From: Clostridium sp. CAG:433
GTDB lineage: Bacteria > Bacillota_I > Bacilli_A > RF39 > UBA660
Reading direction: 5' to 3'
Assembly (NCBI GenBank): GCA_000433675.1
Contig: FR893565.1
Span: 55-64,054 of the forward strand
DNA length: 64,000 bases
A program made the position numbers and the translations under genes. Of the stretch, positions 26,392-37,562 are shown piece by piece. The notes under the pieces are model-generated. The model made no database searches, was not told the origin of the DNA, and was given only the letters and a program-made list of their open reading frames with translations. Every line of letters begins with the position of its first letter. Within the stretch, counting starts at the first letter, position 1.

Positions 26392-28008
26392 TTAATTTAA
26401 TTCTGATAATATTGCTGGTAAAATTTGTTTCTTTCTTGAAACAAGTCCATCAACATAATATCCTTGTTTTATATCATCTAATTTATAAATACTTTCTAAA
26501 ACACTCTTAGCATTTTCTGTAAATATTAAATATGATCCGTTTTTAAGTATATCAGTAATAGCAATTACTATAAATTTATATCCTTCTTTATTATTTATTT
26601 CTTCTAATTTTTCTATATAAGTATCAAGTTCATCAAATATTCTATCAACATCTAGTGTAAATACTTGACCTATAGCCATTTTTTCATCACCAATTGGGAA
26701 TGATTTAAAATCACTTTTAATTACTTCTTCTTTTGTTAATCCTTCTAAAGATGTTCCTGCTTTAAACATATCAAGTGCATATTTTTCATAATCAACACCT
26801 GCGATTAATGCTAAATCTTCAGCAACTTTTTTATCTATTTCAGTAGTTGTTGGACTTTGTAAGCATAATGTATCTGATAATAATCCAGAAAGCATTATTC
26901 CCGCAATTTCCTTTGGAATTTCTACATTATTTTCTTTATACATAAAGTAAACTATTGTATTAGTAGATCCTACTGTCATATTTCTAAAATTAATTGGATT
27001 TGTTGTATTAATATTACCAATTTTATGGTGGTCAACAATTTCTAATATATTTGCTTCATCTAAACCTATTACACTTTGTTCTTTTTCTTGATGATCTACA
27101 AGCATAACTTTTTTATTATTCTTATTTATTATTTCTGTAATTCTTATTAATCCTAAACATTCATCATTATTATTTAAAATTGGATAGTTGTTATGTTTTA
27201 ATTTTTTAGTTGCTTCAATAAAATCAGTATAATAATCATTTTCTCTAAATATTTTAGATGTATCTTCTACAAGTAATGTTCCTATTTTATTTGATAAACA
27301 AATTAATTTAGATGTATGAAATGAATCTATATTTGTTTTTATTACATTAATTTTATTATTTTCAGCAAGTTTTAAATTTTCTTCTGTTATTTTTTCTGGT
27401 CCTGTTACTACAATTAATTTTACATTATCATCAATTGCTTTTTTTATAATATCTTGTCTATCTCCAACTATTAGGATGCTATCAGAGTTTAAATTAACAT
27501 TACTTGTAAATGTATCACTATCATATGACGCAACAAGTACATTACCTTTTATTTCATCATCAAATTTTAATACTTCTTCACCACTAACAGTTTCAAGTAT
27601 ATTATTATAATTTGAATCTATTTTATCAAAATCATTACTAATTAATTTTTTAGCAATATCTTTAATTGTTATTATTCCTTTGTATTTATTTCCATCTGTT
27701 ACAACTGGAGTACCTGTTACTCCTTTTTCTGTTAAATATTTATAAACACAATCTATTGATTTATTTTCATCAACAAATAATCCTTTATGATAATCCAAAT
27801 CTTTTAATTGTAATTTAACATCATTTAAATATTTTGGTTCTTTAACACCAAATTTATCTAGTACATATTTTGTTTCTTTATTAATATGACCAAGTACTCT
27901 TGGTTCTGTATCCATTCCTAATTTATTTTTTAAATGTGATAAACTTATTGCAGATGTTACTGCATCAGTATCTGGACTTTGATGTCCAAATATATAAACT
28001 TTATTCAT
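26392..28008 (-). CDS. ppaC: Manganese-dependent inorganic pyrophosphatase, family II (DHH/DHHA2) with inserted CBS domains
   Basis: The N-terminus IFGHQSPDTDAVTSAISL is the DHH phosphoesterase motif. An internal CBS pair and a C-terminal DHHA2 domain are present. Length 538 aa is typical of the CBS-PPases found in Clostridia-like Firmicutes. Confidence 0.85.
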   Translation of the reverse strand: MNKVYIFGHQSPDTDAVTSAISLSHLKNKLGMDTEPRVLGHINKETKYVLDKFGVKEPKYLNDVKLQLKDLDYHKGLFVDENKSIDCVYKYLTEKGVTGTPVVTDGNKYKGIITIKDIAKKLISNDFDKIDSNYNNILETVSGEEVLKFDDEIKGNVLVASYDSDTFTSNVNLNSDSILIVGDRQDIIKKAIDDNVKLIVVTGPEKITEENLKLAENNKINVIKTNIDSFHTSKLICLSNKIGTLLVEDTSKIFRENDYYTDFIEATKKLKHNNYPILNNNDECLGLIRITEIINKNNKKVMLVDHQEKEQSVIGLDEANILEIVDHHKIGNINTTNPINFRNMTVGSTNTIVYFMYKENNVEIPKEIAGIMLSGLLSDTLCLQSPTTTEIDKKVAEDLALIAGVDYEKYALDMFKAGTSLEGLTKEEVIKSDFKSFPIGDEKMAIGQVFTLDVDRIFDELDTYIEKLEEINNKEGYKFIVIAITDILKNGSYLIFTENAKSVLESIYKLDDIKQGYYVDGLVSRKKQILPAILSELN

Positions 28009-28056
28009 TTTATTATTACTCCTCCTTTTAACAATATTATTTTATTACTTTTTTTA

Positions 28057-28959
28057 CTATTTTTCAATCTCTTTATTCTTATATGTGTAAACATAAGCCA
28101 TATCATTATTTACGCTTGGATTACTCTTATATTCAATCTTATCAAACAAAGTGTCTTTTTCTTCATCAGAATAAAAACACTGAATCTTTCCTCTTTCTGA
28201 TAACATATTTCTAAATGATTCTAATATCAATTTTTCTCTTTTTTTAATTTCTTTTTCACTCATGCTTGTTATATCATGTGATAAATATATAAAATCATAT
28301 GGTTCTTTTACTTTACTTTCTATTTTTTCATCTTTTGAATAAATGAATTTTACATCTTTTTCTTTTATATTTTTTGCAAGTTCACCATAACCTTTACTTA
28401 ATGCGCTTCTAACTAAAGTTGATAATTCTTCAAAACTATATCTATCAGGTTCTATTAATTTTGATCTCCTAATTCTTTTGCCTATATAAATTTTATATAA
28501 TTCGTCAAAAAAATATCTTGTTTTATCATCTAAATTATCTCTTATAGATTTATATACATCGTAATTAAATGTATAACTATATCTTCCATGCGTATTCATA
28601 AGAAAACTATAGTAATCTTTAAATCTTAAATCTAAAGCAGCAATTTTTAACTTCATAAAGTATTCATCAAATCTATTATCACTAAATGCTGTAACATTCC
28701 CACCGTAAGATATTATATCAAATATTTCATCTGAAGAATTGATTTTACATATTGTATTTTTATCTTTTAACTTTATTTTTTTAAATGATTTTAATGATTG
28801 ATCTGAAAATAATTTTACTGGTCTATATCCAGTTTTTTCATAAACATTTCCTTCTATAAAATCACGAGCTACTACTATATCTTTTTCTACTTGCATAAAA
28901 AAACTCTCCTTTTTTTGGTTTCGGAGAGTTATTATATCATAAAAATTAATATTATTCAC
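28057..28959 (-). CDS. Hypothetical cytoplasmic protein
   Basis: 300-aa ORF with no TM segment. Overlaps the upstream gene by 8 nt, which suggests translational coupling. I recognise no diagnostic motif. Confidence 0.45.
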   Translation of the reverse strand: MNNINFYDIITLRNQKKESFFMQVEKDIVVARDFIEGNVYEKTGYRPVKLFSDQSLKSFKKIKLKDKNTICKINSSDEIFDIISYGGNVTAFSDNRFDEYFMKLKIAALDLRFKDYYSFLMNTHGRYSYTFNYDVYKSIRDNLDDKTRYFFDELYKIYIGKRIRRSKLIEPDRYSFEELSTLVRSALSKGYGELAKNIKEKDVKFIYSKDEKIESKVKEPYDFIYLSHDITSMSEKEIKKREKLILESFRNMLSERGKIQCFYSDEEKDTLFDKIEYKSNPSVNNDMAYVYTYKNKEIEK

Positions 28960-30364
28960 TATATTTTGATGTTATATTTAAATATTCTTCTAGTGTTTTA
29001 CCAGTATTATATACTTTTTCTGCAAGTTCCTTACCTAAATATCTTACATGCCATGGTTCATATTTATAACCTGTTATTTCTTCTTTACCTTTTGGATACC
29101 TTATTATAAATCCGTATTTATAACAATTTTTTTCTATCCATATTGCTTCAGGAGTACCTTCAAATGATGAATCTATTATATTTAAATCCATTGCAAGCCC
29201 TGTTTGATGTTCAGAATGTCCTGGTCTTGCTGAATATGTATCTGCTTTTGCTTTACCATCTTTTAAAACATAACTATTATATAAATTTGTTTGAAGTGAA
29301 TATGATCTATAACCAGACGCAATCCATAATTTTATATTATCATTTTTAGCAGCATTTTGCATTTCATCAAATGCATTTTTAGCATCCACCGAAAGTGATC
29401 CAGGATCATAGTCCTTTGGCAAAGAATATGTTTTATTAACAATAAGTATTCCATTTACATATGTTAAACCATCTATATTTTTTATTTCTGGTTCATTATT
29501 TGAAGTATTTTCTTCTTTTACATCATTATTTTCTTTTACTTCTTCTTTTTTCTTAGCTTCTACTTTTATTACAATAGATTTTATTAATTTTTGTGTCTTA
29601 TGTTTTATAGTTATTTTTGAAATACCATCTTTTTTAGCAATTATATTGCCTTTATTATCTTTCATGAATATATCACCTATTTTAGTATATTCATATTCTT
29701 TTAAAGTTGCATTATCTGGTTCATATGTTACATTTAATTTTATAGTATCTCCAGTTTCTGCTTTTAAATCTCGTATATTCATTTTAGTTACACTTATATA
29801 AGTTACAAAATATCTTTTATACTTTTTATTTTGAGAAATTGTTATATTTTTACTTGCTTTATTTTTTAATTTAATAGTCTCAACATTACCCTCTTTTGTA
29901 ACTCCATATATATCAACATATTTATTTTTTAGTAAATAATTTGGTAAAGATATATTAAATTTATCAGAGTTTTTAATTATATTACTATTTTCTATTACAA
30001 ACGATTTATCATTACTATAATTTTTGTATGCTAATTTTTTGTTAGATTTTTCTATTTTTAAACTCATATTTTTACTTATATTTTTGCTTGGTAAAATAAC
30101 ATAAGCATTTTTATATTGTATTTTTAAGTTTAAATTATTTTCTTTTATATAGCTTATTGTCTTATTATATAATTTTAATTTACTATATTTCTTTTTTATT
30201 ACAACCGTATTATTTTTGGCGTTTGGAAGACTATTATATATATTACTATTATATATAACATATGGTATAAAGTTCGCTAAAAAGATTATTAAAGCAAAAA
30301 CAACTAATACCATAATTATTCTATCTACTCTAAGTTTTCTTTTTTTCTTTCTTTTTTTACTCAT
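28952..30364 (-). CDS. Membrane-anchored D-alanyl-D-alanine carboxypeptidase (VanY / peptidase M15B family) with a Big_2-like domain
   Basis: N-terminal TM helix. The C-terminal motifs SGYRSYSLQ ... PGHSEHQTGLAMD ... EPWHVRY match the zinc-binding residues of VanY-type DD-carboxypeptidases. Confidence 0.8.
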   Translation of the reverse strand: MSKKRKKKRKLRVDRIIMVLVVFALIIFLANFIPYVIYNSNIYNSLPNAKNNTVVIKKKYSKLKLYNKTISYIKENNLNLKIQYKNAYVILPSKNISKNMSLKIEKSNKKLAYKNYSNDKSFVIENSNIIKNSDKFNISLPNYLLKNKYVDIYGVTKEGNVETIKLKNKASKNITISQNKKYKRYFVTYISVTKMNIRDLKAETGDTIKLNVTYEPDNATLKEYEYTKIGDIFMKDNKGNIIAKKDGISKITIKHKTQKLIKSIVIKVEAKKKEEVKENNDVKEENTSNNEPEIKNIDGLTYVNGILIVNKTYSLPKDYDPGSLSVDAKNAFDEMQNAAKNDNIKLWIASGYRSYSLQTNLYNSYVLKDGKAKADTYSARPGHSEHQTGLAMDLNIIDSSFEGTPEAIWIEKNCYKYGFIIRYPKGKEEITGYKYEPWHVRYLGKELAEKVYNTGKTLEEYLNITSKYSE

Positions 30365-30451
30365 AAACGTTTACCTTCAGTAATATTATAGCATATTTCA
30401 AAAAATAAATGTAAACTAAAAAGCCATAAATGTAAAATTTATGACTATTAA

Positions 30452-31264
30452 TTAATATAAAAGACTTAAAAGTGTATTAAAATCAACTCTTGTTAAAAAT
30501 AATATTAAAGCAGAAATAGCTAAATATGGACCAAATGGAAGCATATGTTCATCTTTTCTATAAACATTTATTATTGCAACTGGAAGCGCTAAAAATGATG
30601 CTAAAAAGACTACTACAATTGATAATCTCCATCCTAAAACAAAACCAATTAGAGCCATCATTTTTATGTCTCCGCCGCCCATCGAATCTTTTTTAAACAA
30701 AGCATTTCCTATCATTCTTATTAAATACATTATTAGGAACATTGCCATTCCATCCATAAGTATAAATAAAAGTTCATATCCAAAACTTAATAAACTAGTT
30801 ATTACTTCAGTTTTATATAATATTATTAATTTTATTATTATAAGTACTATCGAAAAAAATATATTAACTTCATCTGGTATTATCATATATTTTATATCAC
30901 TAATCATTATTATTACCATTGCTGATATAAATGTTAATGAATAAATAATATTAATTATTTCTGGATATACATCTTTATATGCTAAATAACCAAGTACAAA
31001 AAGCACACCAGTTAGAAGTTCAAACATAGGATAAAAAAGTGATATCTTTTCATGACAATGTTTACATCTTCCTTTTTGAAATATATAAGATAGTATTGGT
31101 ATTAATTCTAGTGCACCAAGTTTATGATTACAATTAGTACAATGTGATGGTGGATATACAATAGACATATCATTTGGAAGTCTATAACCTACTACATTAA
31201 AAAATGAGCCAAAGCAAATACCAATTATAAATATCATTATACTGTAAATTATTATTTCCATCAT
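30452..31264 (-). CDS. Prepilin peptidase (A24 family; PilD/ComC-like)
   Basis: Polytopic membrane protein. An N-terminal CxxC...CxxC zinc-ribbon motif pair is present (CTNC ... CKHC). A conserved Asp-containing loop (SMGGGDIKMMA) is present. It lies immediately downstream of the platform-protein gene. Confidence 0.85.
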   Translation of the reverse strand: MMEIIIYSIMIFIIGICFGSFFNVVGYRLPNDMSIVYPPSHCTNCNHKLGALELIPILSYIFQKGRCKHCHEKISLFYPMFELLTGVLFVLGYLAYKDVYPEIINIIYSLTFISAMVIIMISDIKYMIIPDEVNIFFSIVLIIIKLIILYKTEVITSLLSFGYELLFILMDGMAMFLIMYLIRMIGNALFKKDSMGGGDIKMMALIGFVLGWRLSIVVVFLASFLALPVAIINVYRKDEHMLPFGPYLAISALILFLTRVDFNTLLSLLY

Positions 31265-31273
31265 GTTCTCCTT

Positions 31274-32980
31274 CTATAATATGTTTTCATACATACTAAA
31301 CATTGGTATTATTACTGCAAGTAATATTCCACCTACTACAACTGCTAAGAATATAATCATAAGTGGCTCAATTAAAGCCTTAATTCTTGTTATTGCATTA
31401 ATATGTTCTTCTGCATAATAATCTGCTACCTTCTCCATCATTAAACCTAATTGTCCTGTTTTTTCACCCGTAACAATCATTTGGTATGCTATATTTGGAA
31501 AAGCCCAATTATCTTTAAACGCTACTGATATATTTTCACCCTTTGAAAGAGCTATAACAGCATCATATATTATCGATTTATATATTTCATTATCTGTTAT
31601 TCTACCTAATATATCCATACTATCTGTTATAAATATATTATTATTAATAAGAGTCGCAAATGTTTTAGAAAACATTGTCATTTCGTTATAAATAATTATA
31701 TTACCTACGACAGGTATATGCATAATCATATATTGAATATTTGATTTAAATGAAACACTTTTTTTAAATAATATAACAAATGTAGATACTATTAAAAGTA
31801 TTACAAGTATTATTATTAAATACTTTGATCTAACAAAATTACTTATATTTATTATTGCTTTTGTAATACCTGGGAGTTCCGCACCTAGGTTTTTATAAAT
31901 ATTTACAAATTGTGGAACTACTGAAACAATAATATAAATAATTATTATAATTGCAAATATAAATACAAATAATGGATACATCATTGCATTTACCATTTCT
32001 TTTCTTGATTTCTCAACTGATTTATAATATTCTGCCTGTTCGTCTAATACTTCTGGTAAATCACCTGTCATTTCTGCAGCTTTTACCATATTTATTAAAA
32101 GTTTTGGAAATATTACACCCATTCTAATCATTGCTTCAGATAAAGTTGCTCCCATAGATAGTTCATATACAACTGATTTCCATATTGTTTTATCTGATTC
32201 TGTTTTAGATTGTGTTGATAATATTTTTATTGAATCTACTATTGGAATACCTGCTTTTAAATAAGTTGATAATTGTGTTAAATAAAATACTAATATAGAC
32301 TTTTTCATTGGTCTATTAAGTGCAATATCTGTATTAAACATATTGGCTTTAGCAACTGCTTTTATTTCATATACTTTATAACCTTCTGATAATAAATATG
32401 AATGAACATCAAGTTTTGAGTATCCTAAAAATGATCCTTTTTCTATTTTACCTTCTGGATTTAATGCAGAATACTTAAATATTAACTTTTCTGTACTTCT
32501 TTTAGCATCTTCTGAATTAATATCAAGCGCAACAATTTGTTTTCTTCTATCTTGTCTTTTATTTTTTTCAAATATATCTTTTTCTTTTATTTTTTGAAGT
32601 AAACTTTTTTTGTTTTGTTTTTGAAGTTCTTTTTGTCTTAACTTTTCTTTTCTCATTTCTTCTTTTGCTTTTTTATGCTCTTCTTTTGTTATAACAAATT
32701 CTTTAGCACTATCACTAGATTCATCATTTTTAAATTTTAATGTTTCATTTTTTATTTCTTCATCTCTAACATTTTTACTTAAATCTATTTTTTCTTTTGT
32801 GTTATTAGTATCTTTTTTCATAAGTTTATTAACTCCTAAATTTATACTTTTTACTATATTAAAAGGTAGTAAAATAATAAATAAAAATATTTTACCGATA
32901 TAACCAAAAATTGAAGTTTTATTATCTTTATCCATAATACCACCTATTATTCTATTTTCTATACTAGTATTATAACACAC
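31274..32980 (-). CDS. Type II secretion system F-family platform protein (PilC/ComGB-like). The likely true start is the ATG at 32933-32935.
   Basis: Two GspF repeats are present, with the characteristic 'kaamtYP' motif and three TM helices in the C-terminal two-thirds. The PilC-like cytoplasmic N-domain starts around FKYSALNPEGK. There is an unusual extra N-terminal region of about 150 aa with one TM helix and a Lys/Glu-rich coiled-coil-like segment. GGTGG sits 4-5 nt upstream of the second Met. A TATAAT box lies inside the track-predicted first codons. Confidence 0.8.
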   Translation of the reverse strand: MCYNTSIENRIIGGIMDKDNKTSIFGYIGKIFLFIILLPFNIVKSINLGVNKLMKKDTNNTKEKIDLSKNVRDEEIKNETLKFKNDESSDSAKEFVITKEEHKKAKEEMRKEKLRQKELQKQNKKSLLQKIKEKDIFEKNKRQDRRKQIVALDINSEDAKRSTEKLIFKYSALNPEGKIEKGSFLGYSKLDVHSYLLSEGYKVYEIKAVAKANMFNTDIALNRPMKKSILVFYLTQLSTYLKAGIPIVDSIKILSTQSKTESDKTIWKSVVYELSMGATLSEAMIRMGVIFPKLLINMVKAAEMTGDLPEVLDEQAEYYKSVEKSRKEMVNAMMYPLFVFIFAIIIIIYIIVSVVPQFVNIYKNLGAELPGITKAIINISNFVRSKYLIIILVILLIVSTFVILFKKSVSFKSNIQYMIMHIPVVGNIIIYNEMTMFSKTFATLINNNIFITDSMDILGRITDNEIYKSIIYDAVIALSKGENISVAFKDNWAFPNIAYQMIVTGEKTGQLGLMMEKVADYYAEEHINAITRIKALIEPLMIIFLAVVVGGILLAVIIPMFSMYENIL

Positions 32981-33044
32981 CAGAAAAATTTTTTAAACTA
33001 TTTTTTCCTCATTCATATAATATACAAGAAGGAGGTATACTTTT

Positions 33045-33368
33045 ATGTTTAATCCAAATCTACTTTATATGCCTGGAAGAAGTATTTTACCTATTGCTAG
33101 AAAAACAATAAATTGGGCTGGACTACTTAGTAATACACAAAAAACACTTAATATTGTTAATCAAGCAATACCTATTGTTTATCAAGTAAAGCCTATGATT
33201 AATAATGCTAAAACAATGTTTAAGATTGCTAGTGAATTAACTAAGTCAAATACAAATGAAAACTCAAATGTTCAAAACAATGCAAATGAAAGTAACAGTA
33301 CCCAAAGTAATAGTTATAGTGTAAATAATAGTTCATCAAATAATGATGGTCCTTCCTTCTTCATTTAA
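33045..33368 (+). CDS. Small hypothetical protein, possibly YqfQ-like, with an Asn/Ser-rich tail
   Basis: AAGGAGG sits 9 nt upstream of the ATG. It is the only plus-strand gene in this neighbourhood. It is followed by a bidirectional hairpin terminator. Confidence 0.5.
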   Translation: MFNPNLLYMPGRSILPIARKTINWAGLLSNTQKTLNIVNQAIPIVYQVKPMINNAKTMFKIASELTKSNTNENSNVQNNANESNSTQSNSYSVNNSSSNNDGPSFFI

Positions 33369-33396
33369 AAAAAGACAAAATTAATTGTCTTTTTCT
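33367..33396. terminator. Bidirectional hairpin terminator between the small plus-strand gene and trmK
   Basis: AAAAAGACAA-ttaa-TTGTCTTTTT is flanked by an A-run and a T-run, and lies between convergent genes. Confidence 0.6.
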
Positions 33397-34064
33397 AATT
33401 CTTCTTTTATTATTTTTATAAGTCTCATATGATGAAGTCTACTCATAACATTATTTTTTGGAAGTTGCAATAATAAATTTTCATATTTTAATAATTTTTT
33501 AGAGTAATAATCTTTAAATAATTCATCTTTATTTTCCATTAATCTAGGCCCAAAATATATTTGATTATAATTATATTTTTCTACTCCTCTTTTGAATTCT
33601 ATAATTGTATAAATTATATCTTTATCAAGGACAAGTTTTTCTCTTGTTATTTTAAAACCTAATTTAATTACAGATTTTCTAAGTTTTACAACATCTGTAT
33701 TAGATTGAACTATTATTTTATTTATATCTTTTAATTTTTCAGAATTACTTAAAATCTTTTCAATATTATTATATCCCATTCCTGCGATAATAATAGTATC
33801 TACTTCGCCTTCTTTAATAACATCAAGTCCATCACCAAGTCTTAAGGAAATTTTTCTTTCCATAGAATATTTTTCTATGTTTTTTTTAGCTTGTTTAATT
33901 GCCCCTTCATGTATATCAGAGGCAATTATTTTTCTATTTTTTATATTTTCTTTTATATAAATATCAAGTAGTGCATGATCACAACCAATATCTATAATTC
34001 TATCTTCTTTATCTACAAATTCTGTTATTGCTTTTAATCTTTTTGATAATCTCATTTTAATCAA
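33381..34064 (-). CDS. trmK: tRNA (adenine22-N1)-methyltransferase
   Basis: The N-terminal [28 protein letters not shown] pattern is typical of TrmK/YqfN. It occupies the conserved position downstream of sigA in Firmicutes. Confidence 0.75.
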   Translation of the reverse strand: MIKMRLSKRLKAITEFVDKEDRIIDIGCDHALLDIYIKENIKNRKIIASDIHEGAIKQAKKNIEKYSMERKISLRLGDGLDVIKEGEVDTIIIAGMGYNNIEKILSNSEKLKDINKIIVQSNTDVVKLRKSVIKLGFKITREKLVLDKDIIYTIIEFKRGVEKYNYNQIYFGPRLMENKDELFKDYYSKKLLKYENLLLQLPKNNVMSRLHHMRLIKIIKEELEKDN

Positions 34065-35148
34065 CCAAATAATCCTTTAATTTTTTACTTCTTGATGGAT
34101 GACGTAATTTTCTAAGTGCTTTTGCTTCTATTTGTCTAATTCTTTCTCTTGTAACACCAAATATAGTTCCTACTTCTTCTAGTGTTCTACAAGTTCCATC
34201 TATTAAACCAAATCTAAGTTTTATAACTTGTTCTTCTCTTTCTGTTAATGTTAATAATAATTCTGAAATTTCATCTTTAAGTACTTCATTAATCGCGTAT
34301 TCTTCTGGGCTTAAACTACTATCATCTTTAACGAAATCTCCTAAATGTGAATCATCTTCTTCACCAATTGGAGTTTCAAGTGATAGTGGATCCAAAGATA
34401 TTTTAATTATTTCTCTTACTTTATCTTCTGTTGTATTAAGTGCTTTAGCAAGTTCTTCTTCTGTTGGTTCTCTATCTAGTTCTAGAGTCATTTGTCTTTG
34501 AACTCTTTTTAATTTATTAATAGTTTCTACCATATGAACTGGTACTCTTATTGTTTTTGCTTGGTCAGCAATTGCTCTTGTTATTGCTTGACGAATCCAC
34601 CATGTTGCATATGTTGAAAATCTGTATCCTTTAGATGAATCAAATTTATCTACTGCTTTCATAAGTCCAATATTACCTTCTTGTATTAAATCTAGGAATG
34701 ATAAATTTCTACCTACATATCTTTTAGCAATTGATACAACAAGTCTAAGGTTAGATTCAGCAAGTATTGCTTTTGCTTCTTCATCACCTTCATCTATTCT
34801 TTTTGATAATTCAAGTTCTTCATCAAGTGATATAAGGCTTATTTTACCTATTTCTTTTAAATACATTCTAACAGGATCATTAATACTTAAATTTTTAGGT
34901 ATTTCAATATCTTCTAAAAGTAAATCATCAGCTTCTCCGCCATCTTCTGAACCAGCATCCATTTCAGAATCTGCGACTACTTCTATGTTATTATCATTTA
35001 AAAAATTATATAAGTCATCTAAAGATTCAGAATCCATATCTAAACCTTTTAGGGCTGCTGCTAGTTCTTCAAATGTTAAAAATCCTTTTTCTTTTCCTTT
35101 CTTTAATAGTTCTTCTTTTCTTTCTTCAAATGTTTTTATCTCATTCAT
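34057..35148 (-). CDS. rpoD: RNA polymerase primary sigma factor
   Basis: Sigma-70 regions 1.2 to 4 are recognisable, including the [18 protein letters not shown] region 2 and the [27 protein letters not shown] region 4. It overlaps dnaG by 8 nt. Confidence 0.97.
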   Translation of the reverse strand: MNEIKTFEERKEELLKKGKEKGFLTFEELAAALKGLDMDSESLDDLYNFLNDNNIEVVADSEMDAGSEDGGEADDLLLEDIEIPKNLSINDPVRMYLKEIGKISLISLDEELELSKRIDEGDEEAKAILAESNLRLVVSIAKRYVGRNLSFLDLIQEGNIGLMKAVDKFDSSKGYRFSTYATWWIRQAITRAIADQAKTIRVPVHMVETINKLKRVQRQMTLELDREPTEEELAKALNTTEDKVREIIKISLDPLSLETPIGEEDDSHLGDFVKDDSSLSPEEYAINEVLKDEISELLLTLTEREEQVIKLRFGLIDGTCRTLEEVGTIFGVTRERIRQIEAKALRKLRHPSRSKKLKDYLVD

Positions 35149-36880
35149 CTTTATTACTCTCCTTTATTTTTAAATCTACTATTTTTTGCGCTATTTCCAT
35201 TCTTTTAACACTATTTGATTCGTTTTTTAACTCACTTGTAAGTTTTACAATTTGATTATTATACAAGCTTTCTTTAATTACGTCAAAATAATTGTCAATA
35301 TTATCATTTAATTCATCTTCTGTATACTTTAAATCTGATATATCAACTACTAAATTTATTAGTTCTTTTTTATCTTCTAAATATATTATGAAGTCACTTA
35401 AGTTAAAACTATTAAACTTCTTATAAAAAAGTACTATTTCACTCGCAAGTTTTCTTTCTGTATCATTTGGTAAATATGATAAATTGTTAAAATAATAAAG
35501 TATCATATTATTATCATTTATCATTCTATACAAAATATACTTAGATGCTTTTTCATATTTATTTATTTTTATATTTTTTGGTTTATGAGTTATAATTACT
35601 TTTTTTTCTGAATCTTTTAATTTTGATTTTATTAGATCATATGAAACATTAGTTGATTCTGATAATTTTTTTATTTCTATTTCTCTTACTATATCATCAT
35701 CTATTTTTTCAAATTCTTTTATCATAACATTTATATAGTTAGATACTTCTTTACTATCATTAAAATCAATATTTTCTTTATAACTAGATAATTTATAATC
35801 ATATACACTTTGTGCATGAGACAAATTATAAATCATTTTGTCTTTTCCTTTTGTAAGTATATATTCATCTGGATCTAAATTATCTTCTAGTCTTACAACC
35901 TTTATATTACTATCGTTTCCATTAGCAAGTTCAATAAATGCATTAGTTGCTTTTTCTCCTGCTTTATCTCCATCAAACATAAGTGTTATATTTGGTGCGA
36001 GTTTTTGAATTAAATTAAGCTGATATTTTGTAACTGCTGTACCCATTGTTGCAACAACATTTACAATACCAATAGTGCTTAATCTTATTACATCCATGAA
36101 ACCTTCTACAACAATTATATTTTTTTCTTTTCTTGCTTCTTTTTTTGCAATGTGATAGTTATATAAAAGTTCACCTTTTTTAAATATTTCTGTTTCTTTT
36201 GTATTAATATATTTGCTTTCGCTTTTTTGATTATATATTCTACCTGAAAAACCTACTACATTTCCTTCTAAATCATAAAGTGGAAACATTATTCTATTTT
36301 TATAAATATCATATATATTATTTCCATTTTGAACAGCAACTCCAGATGATACTATATCATCATCTTTAAACCCTTTTGCTTTTAAAGCATTGCATAATTC
36401 AGAATCAGAAAGTGAAAGCCCTATATTAAAGTTTTTAATAACATCTTCATCTATTTTTCTGTTTAACAAATATTTTTTTGCATCTTTACCATAAACAGTA
36501 TTTAAGTTGTTTTGATAAAATTTATAAGCAATATTATAAATGTCATATAATGGTGACTTTTTAGTATTTTCCTTTTTACTTGTACTTATATCAATACTAA
36601 CACCTATTTTATCCGCAACTATTTTTACTGCTTCATAAAATGAAACTTTTTCATATTCCATTACAAAATTAAATACATTACCAGCATTACCACAAACAAA
36701 GCATTTGTATACTCCCTTTTCAGGTGATACACTCATACTAGGATTATGATCATCATGAAATGGACATATTCCAAAATAATTTTTACCTCTTTGTGTTAAA
36801 GGTACATAATCTCTAATAATATCTACTATATTTGCTTTTCTTTGTATGCTAAGTATTTCTTCATAAGAAATGTTAGCCAT
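35141..36880 (-). CDS. dnaG: DNA primase
   Basis: An N-terminal CHC2 zinc finger ([13 protein letters not shown]...CFVCG) is followed by a TOPRIM domain (VVEGFMDV...DGDKAG). GGAGTG sits 6 nt upstream of the ATG. Confidence 0.95.
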   Translation of the reverse strand: MANISYEEILSIQRKANIVDIIRDYVPLTQRGKNYFGICPFHDDHNPSMSVSPEKGVYKCFVCGNAGNVFNFVMEYEKVSFYEAVKIVADKIGVSIDISTSKKENTKKSPLYDIYNIAYKFYQNNLNTVYGKDAKKYLLNRKIDEDVIKNFNIGLSLSDSELCNALKAKGFKDDDIVSSGVAVQNGNNIYDIYKNRIMFPLYDLEGNVVGFSGRIYNQKSESKYINTKETEIFKKGELLYNYHIAKKEARKEKNIIVVEGFMDVIRLSTIGIVNVVATMGTAVTKYQLNLIQKLAPNITLMFDGDKAGEKATNAFIELANGNDSNIKVVRLEDNLDPDEYILTKGKDKMIYNLSHAQSVYDYKLSSYKENIDFNDSKEVSNYINVMIKEFEKIDDDIVREIEIKKLSESTNVSYDLIKSKLKDSEKKVIITHKPKNIKINKYEKASKYILYRMINDNNMILYYFNNLSYLPNDTERKLASEIVLFYKKFNSFNLSDFIIYLEDKKELINLVVDISDLKYTEDELNDNIDNYFDVIKESLYNNQIVKLTSELKNESNSVKRMEIAQKIVDLKIKESNKDE

Positions 36881-37013
36881 TTAATCACTCCAAACCACTC
36901 AATTATTATATTCTCCGTTTCTCCCTCAAATTCCCCTAAAAAATTAAAAAAAATTTAATTTTTTTGCATATTTTACACTTTTTTTACATATTTTTTGATA
37001 GAAAGGGCATAAT

Positions 37014-37550
37014 ATGAGCAAAAAAAGATTAAAAATTATTTCTACAATTTTAGTGATTTTATTTAGTTTTTTATTCCATAGTATCTATGATAAATTTCCA
37101 AATTTTATTACTTCCCTATTCTTTCCAGTGAATGAATCAATATGGGAACATATGAAAATGGTATATTTAAGTTATATCGCTGCTTATATAATTGAACTTA
37201 TTATTATCCATAAAACTAATATGCATATTTATAATCAAAAAGCATCTATAGTAATAAGCATTTTATTTAATATTGTAATTTATTTAGCGTTCTATATACC
37301 AGTATATAATATTTTTGGATTTAATGAATTTGTTACTATTTTCTCTTATATAATCAGCATTATTATTACAGAAATAGTATCATATAAAGTAATTACAAGT
37401 GATAAAAATTATATTTTTTTAAATAAATATTCTTATCTTATACTATTTATAATAGAACTTATATTTATATATTTAACTTATTTCCCATTAAAATTAGATA
37501 TTTTTGTTGATGAACTAAATAAAAAAACAGGAATTAGTAATTTATACTAG
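37014..37550 (+). CDS. Hypothetical polytopic membrane protein
   Basis: 178 aa with 4-5 predicted TM helices. AAAGGG sits 8 nt upstream. It is followed by an imperfect hairpin and T-run. Confidence 0.5.
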   Translation: MSKKRLKIISTILVILFSFLFHSIYDKFPNFITSLFFPVNESIWEHMKMVYLSYIAAYIIELIIIHKTNMHIYNQKASIVISILFNIVIYLAFYIPVYNIFGFNEFVTIFSYIISIIITEIVSYKVITSDKNYIFLNKYSYLILFIIELIFIYLTYFPLKLDIFVDELNKKTGISNLY

Positions 37551-37562
37551 TTCCTGTTTTAA

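Noticed and set aside
28057-28959. Assignment of the 300-aa protein as a SAM-dependent methyltransferase
   Set aside because: No GxGxG Rossmann motif and no other diagnostic signature is visible. It is left as hypothetical.
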